From positions 416,001 through 480,000 of the forward strand of contig JAVJQW010000012.1 of assembly GCA_040218735.1 (NCBI GenBank): a stretch of 64,000 bases of DNA. Direction: 5' to 3'. Below the pieces are notes generated by a model. That model worked only from the letters and a program-made list of their open reading frames with translations. It was not told the origin of the DNA and did no database searches. Shown here in pieces: positions 55,345 to 64,000 of this stretch (the stretch's first letter is position 1; every line of letters begins with the position of its first letter). The translations under genes and the position numbers were made by a program. This DNA is from Deltaproteobacteria bacterium. GTDB lineage: Bacteria; Myxococcota; Kuafuiibacteriia; Kuafuiibacteriales; Kuafuiibacteriaceae.

Positions 55345-56685
55345 ATGAAACGAGCCGCCGTCTTCCTCGCCCCGCTCCTCGTCGCGCAGGGCTGCATCAC
55401 CCTCACCCAGAAACCCACCGACCCCGAGCTCGTGACCCTCGAAGCCAAACTCGGACAGCCCATCCTCCCCGCCGCACAAACGAACGAGGTCCAGGCCGTC
55501 CTGAAGATCCGCGCCACCGCCCCCGAGGACGGCGTTCGTGTACCGCTGCACATCGCCGTCGTCATCGACGCCTCCGGCTCCATGCAGGGCGAAGCCATAG
55601 CGCGGGCGCGCGAGGCCGCCATCGATCTACTGAAACGACTCGACCCGAAGGACCGCTTCACGGTCGTCGCCTTCAACACCAAGGCCGAGCTCCTCGCCAA
55701 GGGGGAGCCGATCGAGGACATCGACATCGACGCCCTCGAAGCCCGCCTCGCCAACCTGAAGGCCGTCGGCACCACGAACCTCACCGAAGGCCTCGCGACG
55801 GCGGTGAGCCTGTTCGAGAAACCGCAGGACCCGCGCGAGGTCCGTCGCCTCGTCCTCCTCAGCGACGGACGCCCCAACACCCCCGAGCGACTCCGCAACC
55901 CCATCGCGCGCCTCACCGCGCTGCAGGTTCCGGTCACCGCGCTCGGCCTCGGACTCGACTACGACGAGCTCCTCCTCGCGCGCATCGCGCAGGCGAGCGG
56001 CGGCCGGTTCACGTTCGTCGAGGAGCCGAAGATGATCGCCGAGGTCTTCGAGCGCGAGGTCATGCGCCTCGACCGCGTCGTCGGCAAGATGGCCCAGCTC
56101 GTCATCACGCCCGGGCCGGGCGTCGAGATCCTCCGCGTCGAAGGTGAGACCCCCGCGAACCGCGGCGGTACGTACGTGAAGTCGTTGGGCGACCTCTCCG
56201 CGCAAGAGACGCGCGAGGTCGTCGTCTCGATGAAGATCGACGCACGCAACAAGGACGTCACGCTGGAGATGATCGACGCAGTGCTGACCTTCGACGACGC
56301 GATCGCCCACGCCGGCAACCTCGAGCGCCGCGCCTACCTCGCCGCCACGACCACGATGGACTCGGCCAAGGCCGCCGCCAGCCGCGACATCAACGTGCTC
56401 GGGGCCGCCGCCCGCGCGCGGGCCGGGAGCGCCGCGCTCGACGCGATCTCGATGGCGCGTCACGGACAGCGCGAACAAGCCGAAGCGCTCCTGCGCGCCG
56501 CGATCGTCCGGGCGAAGGGCGACGCCGAGCACTTCGAGGACCCGCGCCTCGCCGAGGCGATCCAGAACTTGGAGCGGCTGCTCGAGGACCTGCCGGCCGC
56601 CGCGGCCCAGGCGCACCTGGAGGAGAAGGCGGTCTCGGCGAAGAACCGACGCGCGCACAGCAGCGCGTGGTCGTACACCCACTGA
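55345..56685 (+). CDS. VWA-domain lipoprotein
   Basis: Lipobox AQGC; MIDAS DASGS, GTTN, LLSDG, GLGLDYDE. Confidence 0.92.
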   Translation: MKRAAVFLAPLLVAQGCITLTQKPTDPELVTLEAKLGQPILPAAQTNEVQAVLKIRATAPEDGVRVPLHIAVVIDASGSMQGEAIARAREAAIDLLKRLDPKDRFTVVAFNTKAELLAKGEPIEDIDIDALEARLANLKAVGTTNLTEGLATAVSLFEKPQDPREVRRLVLLSDGRPNTPERLRNPIARLTALQVPVTALGLGLDYDELLLARIAQASGGRFTFVEEPKMIAEVFEREVMRLDRVVGKMAQLVITPGPGVEILRVEGETPANRGGTYVKSLGDLSAQETREVVVSMKIDARNKDVTLEMIDAVLTFDDAIAHAGNLERRAYLAATTTMDSAKAAASRDINVLGAAARARAGSAALDAISMARHGQREQAEALLRAAIVRAKGDAEHFEDPRLAEAIQNLERLLEDLPAAAAQAHLEEKAVSAKNRRAHSSAWSYTH

Positions 56686-56723
56686 AAACGAAAAGGGGCG
56701 CTCCTCGATGAGAAGAGCGCCCC
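56685..56723 (-). terminator. Rho-independent terminator between convergent genes
   Basis: GGGGCGCTC/GAGCGCCCC stem (56695-56723) followed on the minus strand by TTTTCGTTTT. Confidence 0.75.
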
Positions 56724-56760
56724 GCCTCGCTTGGTTCGGTGGTTGTCGTGCGAACGTGGG

Positions 56761-57177
56761 TCAGCTGTTGCCGACGTCGCTCGGCTTCACGGTCTTCTGG
56801 CCTGCGGCCTTCCAACCCTTCACGCCGACCGGGAGCACGGAGACGTTGCTGTAACCCGCCTCCATCGCGCGGCCCGCGGCGACCTTCGACGCGCTACACA
56901 TCTCGTTGCTGCAGTAGAAGACCAGGTTCTTGCGCTTGTCCTTCGGCAGCTCCTTGCCGGCGTCGAAGCCGTCGTAGGAGGTCAGCATGATCGCGCCCGG
57001 AATGACGCCGAGCTTGGTGCGCGTCTCCTTGCTGTTCGCGTCGACGAAGGCCGGCTTCATCTCCTTCGCCTTGTCGACGGAGACGGTGGTCACTTCTTTC
57101 TTGCCTCCGCAGGCGAGCGCCGCGGCGGGGGCGGCGACGAGGCCGACGAGTGTCACGAACATGAGTTGCTTCAGCAT
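56761..57177 (-). CDS. Secreted single-domain rhodanese-like protein
   Basis: Signal peptide; FVDAN, GVIPGA, LVFYC, GVKGWKAAG. Confidence 0.9.
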   Translation of the reverse strand: MLKQLMFVTLVGLVAAPAAALACGGKKEVTTVSVDKAKEMKPAFVDANSKETRTKLGVIPGAIMLTSYDGFDAGKELPKDKRKNLVFYCSNEMCSASKVAAGRAMEAGYSNVSVLPVGVKGWKAAGQKTVKPSDVGNS

Positions 57178-57343
57178 GGAGTGTGGTTCCCTTTCGTTAC
57201 CGGGCGCCTCTCTTGGGCGCGGCGCAGTGGCTACAATCTAAGCGGGGATCTTCTTCCCCGTCACGCCCCCCTACGTACGTAGAACCCGGACGTTTCGGAT
57301 CGCCCGCTTGTCTTTCGGGGGCCCGGAGGCTACCGAAACGCCC

Positions 57344-59344
57344 GTGAAGGGCCCGATCCGGTCCGTGGTGGTGCTTCTGGCCCTCACCGCGATCTTTCGG
57401 CTCTGGGCCTCCCAGCACGCCCGATTCACGGGCGACGAGAGCGACTACTGGGTCAAATCGCGACGCGTTGCGCAGCTTCGGTACCAGCCGGTCTTTGGTC
57501 CGGAGATCACCGGATCCGAGGCGAACCTCCCCGGCCCGGCCTACTACTACCTGATGGCGGTGCCCCAGGCGCTGGGCGCCTCGCCGTTCTTCGGGTCGAT
57601 CTTCGTGGTCCTGGGCCACGTCGCCGCCGCGTTCCTCCTGTTCCTGCTGGCTCGGGAGGCGGCCGGGCGATCGGCGGGGCTGATCGCCCTGGTGCTGGTG
57701 ATGTTCGCGCCGTGGGACGTCCTGTACGCCGACCGGATCTGGGGCTCGTGCGTGGTCCCGATCTGGGGTGCGCTGTCCCTGTTCGCCGCGGTGCGGGCCC
57801 GAAGGTCGGGGCCGTGGCTCGCCGTGCTGCTGTTCCTCTGCCTGGTGCTGCCCCAGCTCCACCTGTCGGTGCCGATCCTGTGGCTCGCCTGCGCGACGAT
57901 CCTCTTCCTCCGGCCCCCCGAGCGCATCCCGTGGAAGTGGGTCGGCATCGGCGTCGGCCTCGCGTTCCTCGCCTACCTCGGCCCGCTGATCTCCGAGCTC
58001 ACGACGGGCTTCGCGAACACCAAGACGATCCTCACCAAGGGCACCGGCGGCGAGTCCTGGGAGATCGCCCGGAAGGTCCCGTTCCAGGTGTTCGGCTACG
58101 CGGTCGGCTACGCGTCGAGTGAGATCGGCTACCACTTCGCGCGCGGGTACTGGGGCGGCAACTTCGACGACTTCTCCGCGTACCTGACCGCCACCGGCTG
58201 GAGCCGCGCGTTTGCGCGCGACGGCGCGATACTCGGCGCGCTCGGCGTCCTGTCCTTGGTGATCGCGTTCGTCGCCTGGGGCTCGACGCTCGTCCACACC
58301 GCGCGCCGCACCGTCGCCGCCGTCCGCGCGCGGGATCGCAGCGCGTTGGATCTGTCGGACGTCCTCACGCTCGCGGTCGTCGCCGGCCTATTCGGCGGCG
58401 CCATGCTGATGATGCTCGCGAAGAAGCGCTACTTCCCGCACTACGCGAACATCCTCGTCCCCATCGCGCTGTGGCCCGCGGTCGCCGCGCTCGCGCGTTG
58501 GTACGAGCGGAAAAAGATCGTCGTCTCGGTGCTCGTCGCAGCGACGGTGACGTCGATGTTCTTCGCCTGCGTCCGTTACTACCGGCAGGTCGATACACTC
58601 AATGGACTCGGTAACACCATCAACATGGTCGGTTGGGTCCTCGAGGACGACGCCCCCAAGCGCATCGACTTCACCTACTTCCACAACGCGTACGCGTGGG
58701 CCGTCGTCGCCAGCGACTACTACGGCAAGAGCCTCACCACGCACCCGCGCGCGCCGGTCCGGTACATCGTGCACAACCAGGAGCGCTTCGAGGGCGAGCC
58801 CCCCGAAGGCGCGCGGGTGTTCGGCGGCGTCCTCGTCGAGCGCCGTCCGCCGCGCGGCGGAACGACCGCGGTCGGCTCCGCGGTGCGGAGGGACTTCGCG
58901 AAGTTCGAGGTCGAAGCGATCCGGGACGGTACCCACCGCAAGTGCGAACGCCGCGGCGACAGGTGTTTCTACGGCGACCACCCTTGGCAGCACTTCGGCC
59001 CGGACTTCGTCACCGTCGGCGGGCGCCCCGAGCCGGTGCTCTTCATGCACCCGATCAAGGACGCCACCGTCGCCGCGACCTACCCCGTCCCGGATGGCAA
59101 GACCCGCGGCGTCCTGAAGGTCGCGCTCTCCGACGACGCCACCCGAAGCGACAACCGCGCCCCCGTGGACGTGACCCTCTCGCAGGGGGGCGAGGTCCTC
59201 GGGGCCACAAAGGCCGAGAACCGACCCGGCTTCGTCCGACTCCCGTTCACGCTGACGGCGACGGGCGCCCAGAGCCTCACGGTCGGCATCACGACCGTGC
59301 ACGACGGCGCACGAATCTTCGTCTTCGACCTCGCGTTCGAGTGA
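57344..59344 (+). CDS. ArnT/GT39-like multi-pass glycosyltransferase with a C-terminal soluble domain
   Basis: FTGDESDYW after the first TM helix, PGPAYYYL, many TM helices; start could also be TTG 57308. Confidence 0.75.
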   Translation: MKGPIRSVVVLLALTAIFRLWASQHARFTGDESDYWVKSRRVAQLRYQPVFGPEITGSEANLPGPAYYYLMAVPQALGASPFFGSIFVVLGHVAAAFLLFLLAREAAGRSAGLIALVLVMFAPWDVLYADRIWGSCVVPIWGALSLFAAVRARRSGPWLAVLLFLCLVLPQLHLSVPILWLACATILFLRPPERIPWKWVGIGVGLAFLAYLGPLISELTTGFANTKTILTKGTGGESWEIARKVPFQVFGYAVGYASSEIGYHFARGYWGGNFDDFSAYLTATGWSRAFARDGAILGALGVLSLVIAFVAWGSTLVHTARRTVAAVRARDRSALDLSDVLTLAVVAGLFGGAMLMMLAKKRYFPHYANILVPIALWPAVAALARWYERKKIVVSVLVAATVTSMFFACVRYYRQVDTLNGLGNTINMVGWVLEDDAPKRIDFTYFHNAYAWAVVASDYYGKSLTTHPRAPVRYIVHNQERFEGEPPEGARVFGGVLVERRPPRGGTTAVGSAVRRDFAKFEVEAIRDGTHRKCERRGDRCFYGDHPWQHFGPDFVTVGGRPEPVLFMHPIKDATVAATYPVPDGKTRGVLKVALSDDATRSDNRAPVDVTLSQGGEVLGATKAENRPGFVRLPFTLTATGAQSLTVGITTVHDGARIFVFDLAFE

Positions 59345-59396
59345 CGTCGCGCAATCTGGAACCCACCCCGACGCCTCCGTGGTACGAATAGGGGCC

Positions 59397-60167
59397 GTGT
59401 ACGCACGCCGTGCTCTCCCGTTCCTCAGCGCCCTCCTCTTCGCCTGCCCGTCGAGCGACGACGGCGGCGACGACGTGATGACGGAGCGCGACGGCGGCCC
59501 CGCGCCGGTCGTGTGCACCCCACCCGCGGGCGGCGGGATTCAGGTGGACTGCGACCCGACGACCGGCAACGGCTGCGACGTCGCGTCGAACCAGTCCTGC
59601 CTGTGGCTCGTGGACATGGACGAAGGTGAGTGCGGTTGCCTCTCCGCCGCGCCGGCCGCCGTGGGTGCCGCGTGCACCGGTGTGAACGGCTGCGTCGGCG
59701 GCGCCACGTGCCTCGCGCTCTCCGGCGATCCGGCGATGTGTCACCAGGTCTGCCACGTCCCGAACAACACTGGCTGCGAGGCGGTGAAGGCGCTGAACCC
59801 GACCGTCGCGTATACGTGCGCGCCGCTGCGGACCGCGATGGGCAGCGCGACCGAGGACTTCGGCGTGTGCTTCGCGGTCGGAACCGCCTGCGACCTGCTC
59901 GCGCCCAACTGCGGCGCCGGCTCGCGGTGTGGACTCGTGGGCCGCGCGTCCGCGTGCCTCCCCGACGACGGAAGCGCCGGCATCGGCGACCCGTGCTCCG
60001 AGGCCGCGACCTGCGCGGCCGGCGGGGTGTGCGTCCCGCTCGTCGATGCAAACGGCATGTCGATCCCGCCGACCTGCTACGAGCCGTGCGACGTCGCCAG
60101 CCCGCAGTGTTTCTCGGGTGGGCAGTGCACGGAGGTCGGGCTCCCCGCGGGGCTGTGCCTTGGTTGA
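59397..60167 (+). CDS. Cys-rich repeat lipoprotein
   Basis: Lipobox LFAC; repeated GxxC...C..GxxC units. Confidence 0.75.
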   Translation: MYARRALPFLSALLFACPSSDDGGDDVMTERDGGPAPVVCTPPAGGGIQVDCDPTTGNGCDVASNQSCLWLVDMDEGECGCLSAAPAAVGAACTGVNGCVGGATCLALSGDPAMCHQVCHVPNNTGCEAVKALNPTVAYTCAPLRTAMGSATEDFGVCFAVGTACDLLAPNCGAGSRCGLVGRASACLPDDGSAGIGDPCSEAATCAAGGVCVPLVDANGMSIPPTCYEPCDVASPQCFSGGQCTEVGLPAGLCLG

Positions 60168-60927
60168 CCGGCGCGTCCTCGCCGTCGCGTTGCTCGCGGG
60201 GTGCAGCTCGGAGCCCACCGTCGATCTCTCCGGCCGCGACGGCGGCGCCGTGGACTCGGGCGTGGTCGTCGTCGACGCCGGGGTCCGTGACGCGGGGGCC
60301 GTCGACGCCGGATCGTCGCGCGACGCCGGTCGACGCGACGCCGGCGGCCCTCGGGACGGTGGTGAACCGACGCTCTGCACGAGCGACGCCGAATGCGCGC
60401 CGACCGGGTGGTGCCGCGCGACGATGGACGGCGACCGCGAATGCGCGCGGTGGGCCGGCGAAGGCGAGCGCTGCGGCGGTGACACGACGCCGTGGGCGCA
60501 GGAGCGCTGCGACCCTGCGCTGGTCTGCTTCGACTCCGAGATCAGCAGCGCACCGGGCAGCTGCGTCATCGAAGCGACGCTCCGCGCGCTCCTCAACAAC
60601 CACCGCCGCTACGACGGACACGCGGTCGGCATCGCCCAGATGGATGTCTTCATCGGGCCCGTGCAGTGCACCACCGGGCAGTGTCCGCCCGAGAACCGGT
60701 GCTGCAACACGTGCCGGGGCGAGCTGCAGGCCGAGGAGCTGTCCGGCACCGGCGTCGATGTCCGCATGACCCTCCGCGATCCCAACGGCGATCCCTACTT
60801 GTGTGAAGGCGACGTCTGCACCTGGCAGCAGCACTGCGACCTCGAGCCGGGCACCTACCGCGCGTGGGGCTGGTTCTCCGCGCCGCCGCCGTCCCTGTCC
60901 GTCCAGCGCATCGAGCCGCGCCCCTGA
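60160..60927 (+). CDS. Cys-rich lipoprotein with a DAG/DGG linker
   Basis: TTG 60160 overlaps the previous gene; lipobox LAGC; CTSDAEC and CCNTC motifs. Confidence 0.75.
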   Translation: MVDRRVLAVALLAGCSSEPTVDLSGRDGGAVDSGVVVVDAGVRDAGAVDAGSSRDAGRRDAGGPRDGGEPTLCTSDAECAPTGWCRATMDGDRECARWAGEGERCGGDTTPWAQERCDPALVCFDSEISSAPGSCVIEATLRALLNNHRRYDGHAVGIAQMDVFIGPVQCTTGQCPPENRCCNTCRGELQAEELSGTGVDVRMTLRDPNGDPYLCEGDVCTWQQHCDLEPGTYRAWGWFSAPPPSLSVQRIEPRP

Positions 60928-60999
60928 CGACCGCCGGCATACGCTGCCTCGGCCATCACCCTGGATTCGCCCGCGCCGAGCCTCCAATGTCTCGAGACG

Positions 61000-62520
61000 A
61001 TGCGTGTCTGGTGGGCTGCGACCATCCTCGTCCTCGGCGGATGCGTCGATGCGCCCGACGTCGACCAGTCGCAGGCCGGCAACTCGGTCTGCCGCAACGC
61101 GTACACCGCGACGCTGCGATCCGACGGACCGTTCTGCGGGCTCGACAGCTTCGGGCGCTCGATGCGGTGCGCCCCCGGCGACCGCTGCAACGCGATCCAG
61201 CTCGGCGGCGGTGACTGCTGCGGCGACGTCGCGTGCGGCGAGACGTACACCGGGTTCCAGCTCGGCGGCGGCGCGCCGTGCGGCCTGCTCCCTGCGGGCA
61301 CGCAAACGAACCAGATCGTCGACATCCCGACCTTCTGCCTCCCCGGCGACCGCTGCACGGGCTCGCGCGCCGGCAACCTCACGGGCAAGGAGTGCACCGT
61401 CGTGCAGACGCACAACCTCGCGCCGGGCGTCCCGGTGCCGCCGATCTACAGCGCGTACCTCGGCGCGGGCGGCGACGGCTGCGGCTTCTACTTCGCGTAC
61501 CCGACGCCCAACTCGATCGTGGAGATCGCGACGAACTGCGAGCCCGGCGACACGTGCATCTCGGGCAACCTGTACGGCCTCTGCGAGCCCGGCCCGTCCG
61601 CGCAGGTCTGCCCCGGGATGGGTGGCCCGCCACCTCCGCCTCCGCCGATGCCGCCGGTCGCGCAGTGCCGGGACGTGTCGCTCGTTTCGAACGTCACGTG
61701 CGCGGGCTGCGTGTCGGTCGACGACGGCTCCTTCGACCCGGACAGCTCGACGTTCACGATCACGGAGAGCCCGATGTGTGACTTCGCGCTCGGCGCCACC
61801 GTCGTCACGTTGACGATCACCGATGGCGACGGCCTGAGCGACACCTGCACCGGCGTCGTCACGATCGTCGAGGACGAGCCGCCGGTCATCACCCCCGAGG
61901 ACGCCGAGGCGGAGTGCGCTGCGCCGGAGGGCACGGCCATCACGCTGAACGCATCGGTCACCGACAACTGTGATCCGTCGCCGAGCCTCGGCAACGACGC
62001 CCCCGCGCTGTTCCCGCTCGGCACCACGAACGTCACGTGGACCGCGATCGACGCGAGCGGCAACACGTCGAGCGCCGGCTCCACGGTGACGGTCGTCGAC
62101 ACGACGCCGCCCACCGTCACGGTCGGCGGCGCGGATCCGCTCTGGCCGCCGAACCACAAGTACGTGCGCTTGGCCCTCGCGGACTGCGACGTGACCATCG
62201 TCGATACGTGCGAGGGTGCGCTGACGCTGGAAGAGGCCAACGCGACGATCACCTGCGTGTCGTCCGACGAGCCGGAAGAGGTCACCGGCAACGGCGACGG
62301 CCACACCTACGACGACATCGTGATCGTCGATGCGCGTACCTTCGAAGTGCGGCGCGAGCGCCAGGGCGCGAGCGACGGGCGCATCTACACCGTCGCGTTC
62401 GAAGTCGAAGACGGCAACGGCAACGTCACCGCGGCCACCTGCCAGATCGGTGTGCCGCACGACCGATCGCCGGGCACGGTCGCGATCGACAGCGGCGCGG
62501 CGTACACGGTCTGCCGCTGA
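61000..62520 (+). CDS. HYR/Ig-like domain lipoprotein with an LWPPNHK C-terminal domain
   Basis: Lipobox LGGC; FPLGTTNVTWTAIDASGN (HYR), DTTPP, LWPPNHK, RRERQG...GRIY. Confidence 0.85.
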   Translation: MRVWWAATILVLGGCVDAPDVDQSQAGNSVCRNAYTATLRSDGPFCGLDSFGRSMRCAPGDRCNAIQLGGGDCCGDVACGETYTGFQLGGGAPCGLLPAGTQTNQIVDIPTFCLPGDRCTGSRAGNLTGKECTVVQTHNLAPGVPVPPIYSAYLGAGGDGCGFYFAYPTPNSIVEIATNCEPGDTCISGNLYGLCEPGPSAQVCPGMGGPPPPPPPMPPVAQCRDVSLVSNVTCAGCVSVDDGSFDPDSSTFTITESPMCDFALGATVVTLTITDGDGLSDTCTGVVTIVEDEPPVITPEDAEAECAAPEGTAITLNASVTDNCDPSPSLGNDAPALFPLGTTNVTWTAIDASGNTSSAGSTVTVVDTTPPTVTVGGADPLWPPNHKYVRLALADCDVTIVDTCEGALTLEEANATITCVSSDEPEEVTGNGDGHTYDDIVIVDARTFEVRRERQGASDGRIYTVAFEVEDGNGNVTAATCQIGVPHDRSPGTVAIDSGAAYTVCR

Positions 62521-64000
62521 TCAGAGGAGGTGGCGTTCGATCGCCTCCGCGAGGCGCACGGCGTTGTCGTCCTTCAACATGCCGAGGTGCGTCCCCGGGG
62601 AGCGACACACGTCGAACCGTCCCCGCACGCGCGCGCGCCAGCCGAGGTCGTCTTCGAGGTGAGGCGCGTAGTCCCGCTGCGCGGCGCGGATCACCAACAC
62701 GTCGCCGTCGTAGGTCGGATCCGTCGCCTCGTACCGCAGCGTGCGTTCGTCGAACGCCTCCGTCCGGGCGGCGTCGAGCCGTTCGACCGCATCGACCGGG
62801 CGCTTGGGGGCCAAAACGCCGCGCAACCGCTTCTTGAGCCGCCGCGCGAGCCCGGCGGGGGAGGCGCGTCCCAACACCGCGTCGAGCAGCACGGCGCGCT
62901 CCACCGATCGGCCGCTCGCGCGTAGCAGCCGCGCGACTTCGAACGCGAGGACGCCGCCGAAGGAGACGCCGCACACGACGACCGGCCCCGCTGGCGCGGC
63001 TTCGACGATCGCGCGGGTGTAGTCGGCCGCGAGCTGTTCGACGCTGGGGAGCTCCTCGGCGTCGGCGCGCGTGAGGAACGCGACCTCCGCGGCGGAGAGG
63101 ACGCCGAAGACCGGTCGTTTGGCGCGAAAGGCCCGAGCGAGATCTTGGTAGAGGTGCAGGCCGCAGATGCAGAAGACCGGCGCTCCGGCGCCGCCGCGCT
63201 CGAGCGGCAACACGGACGTCGCGACGACCGCTCCGTCCGAGGTCTTCAGCTTCTTCGCCAGCGCCTCGACGGTGGGGTGCTCGAAGAAGCTCGATATCGA
63301 CACCGAGGCCCCGAAACGTTCCCGGGCGGTCATCAACATCGAGACGGCGTGCAGGGAGTGCCCGCCGAGATCGAAGAAGCCGTCCGTGACGCCGATTTCG
63401 GCGAGGCCCAGGATGTCGCGCCACAACGTCGCGAGCCGAACCTCGAGATCGTTGCGGGGCCGAACGAGGCGCGTCGCCGCCGCGCGCTCGTCGGGGCGCG
63501 GAGGTGTCAGCGCTCGTCGGTCGACCTTGCCGTTCGGCGTGAGTGGGATGTGGTCGATCGGCACGAAGTGCGACGGGATCATGTACGCCGGAAGTGCCTG
63601 AGCGAGGGTCGCGCGCAGGTCGGCGACGAACGCTTCGGGCGCACCCTCGCGCGCGACGACGTACGCGAAGATGCGCGCGTCCCCCGCCTCGTCCGCGTGC
63701 ACGACGGCGGCGCAGTCTTGGACATCGACGTGCGCACGCAGGGCGACCTCGATCTCCCCCAGCTCGATCCTGAACCCACGGACCTTGACCTGATCGTCAC
63801 GTCGGCCGAGGCACTCGTACGTTCCGTCGACACGTCGCCGCGCGAGGTCCCCGGTTCGGTAGGCGCGGCGCCCCGGGTCGAAGGGGTGCTCGACGAACTT
63901 GTCGCGCGACTCCTCCTCGCGGCCGAGGTACCCGCGCGCGAGGTTCGCGCCGCCGATCCACAGCTCGCCGACCAGTCCGTCCGGGACGAGGGTCCCGGCT
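62521..64000 (-). CDS. NRPS terminal module: A-domain end, PCP, thioesterase (5' part outside the window)
   Basis: ELWIGGANLARGY, YRTGDL, GRRDDQVKVRGFRIELGEIE, NGKVDR; PCP FFDLGGHSL; TE GVSFGG and GTHLGML. Confidence 0.95.
   Translation of the reverse strand, partial: AGTLVPDGLVGELWIGGANLARGYLGREEESRDKFVEHPFDPGRRAYRTGDLARRRVDGTYECLGRRDDQVKVRGFRIELGEIEVALRAHVDVQDCAAVVHADEAGDARIFAYVVAREGAPEAFVADLRATLAQALPAYMIPSHFVPIDHIPLTPNGKVDRRALTPPRPDERAAATRLVRPRNDLEVRLATLWRDILGLAEIGVTDGFFDLGGHSLHAVSMLMTARERFGASVSISSFFEHPTVEALAKKLKTSDGAVVATSVLPLERGGAGAPVFCICGLHLYQDLARAFRAKRPVFGVLSAAEVAFLTRADAEELPSVEQLAADYTRAIVEAAPAGPVVVCGVSFGGVLAFEVARLLRASGRSVERAVLLDAVLGRASPAGLARRLKKRLRGVLAPKRPVDAVERLDAARTEAFDERTLRYEATDPTYDGDVLVIRAAQRDYAPHLEDDLGWRARVRGRFDVCRSPGTHLGMLKDDNAVRLAEAIERHLL

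Noticed and set aside
53845-56685. 946-aa ORF
   Set aside because: Only the part from ATG 55345 (VWA lipoprotein) is credible; the rest is off-frame over the histidine kinase.
59425-62460. 1011-aa minus-strand ORF
   Set aside because: Shadow of three plus-strand lipoprotein genes.

Overview
High-GC bacterial chromosome segment whose gene repertoire points to Myxococcota (two Hanks-type kinases, a MYXO-CTERM protein, many Cys-rich lipoproteins, an NRPS). About 48 real CDSs; most long ORFs in the supplied track are opposite-strand or off-frame shadows. From left to right: a PGM1-like ATP-grasp ligase, a DHODH-like protein and a TPR-kinase; gor; an AcoR-like sigma-54 activator; a stressosome operon (rsbR-S-T, phosphatase, histidine kinase); a cobalamin riboswitch ahead of two unusual lipoproteins; a 2559-aa polymorphic-toxin-like protein with both a Fic domain and an HEXXH metallopeptidase, followed by two small coupled genes; an LpxR-like protein; lipoproteins; a minus-strand run of Ser/Thr kinase, palindromic mosaic repeat, TPR-TonB-dependent receptor, triple-repeat lipoprotein and TPR protein; a lower-GC two-gene islet; a Tat dioxygenase with a two-component system; VWA, rhodanese and GT39 genes; and the 3' end of an NRPS. 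No tRNA, rRNA, CRISPR array or transposase was recognised. Best candidates for undescribed systems: the dual-warhead toxin locus, the B12-riboswitch lipoprotein pair, and the kinase/TPR-TBDT trans-envelope module. All family calls come from motif reading, with no database searches run.
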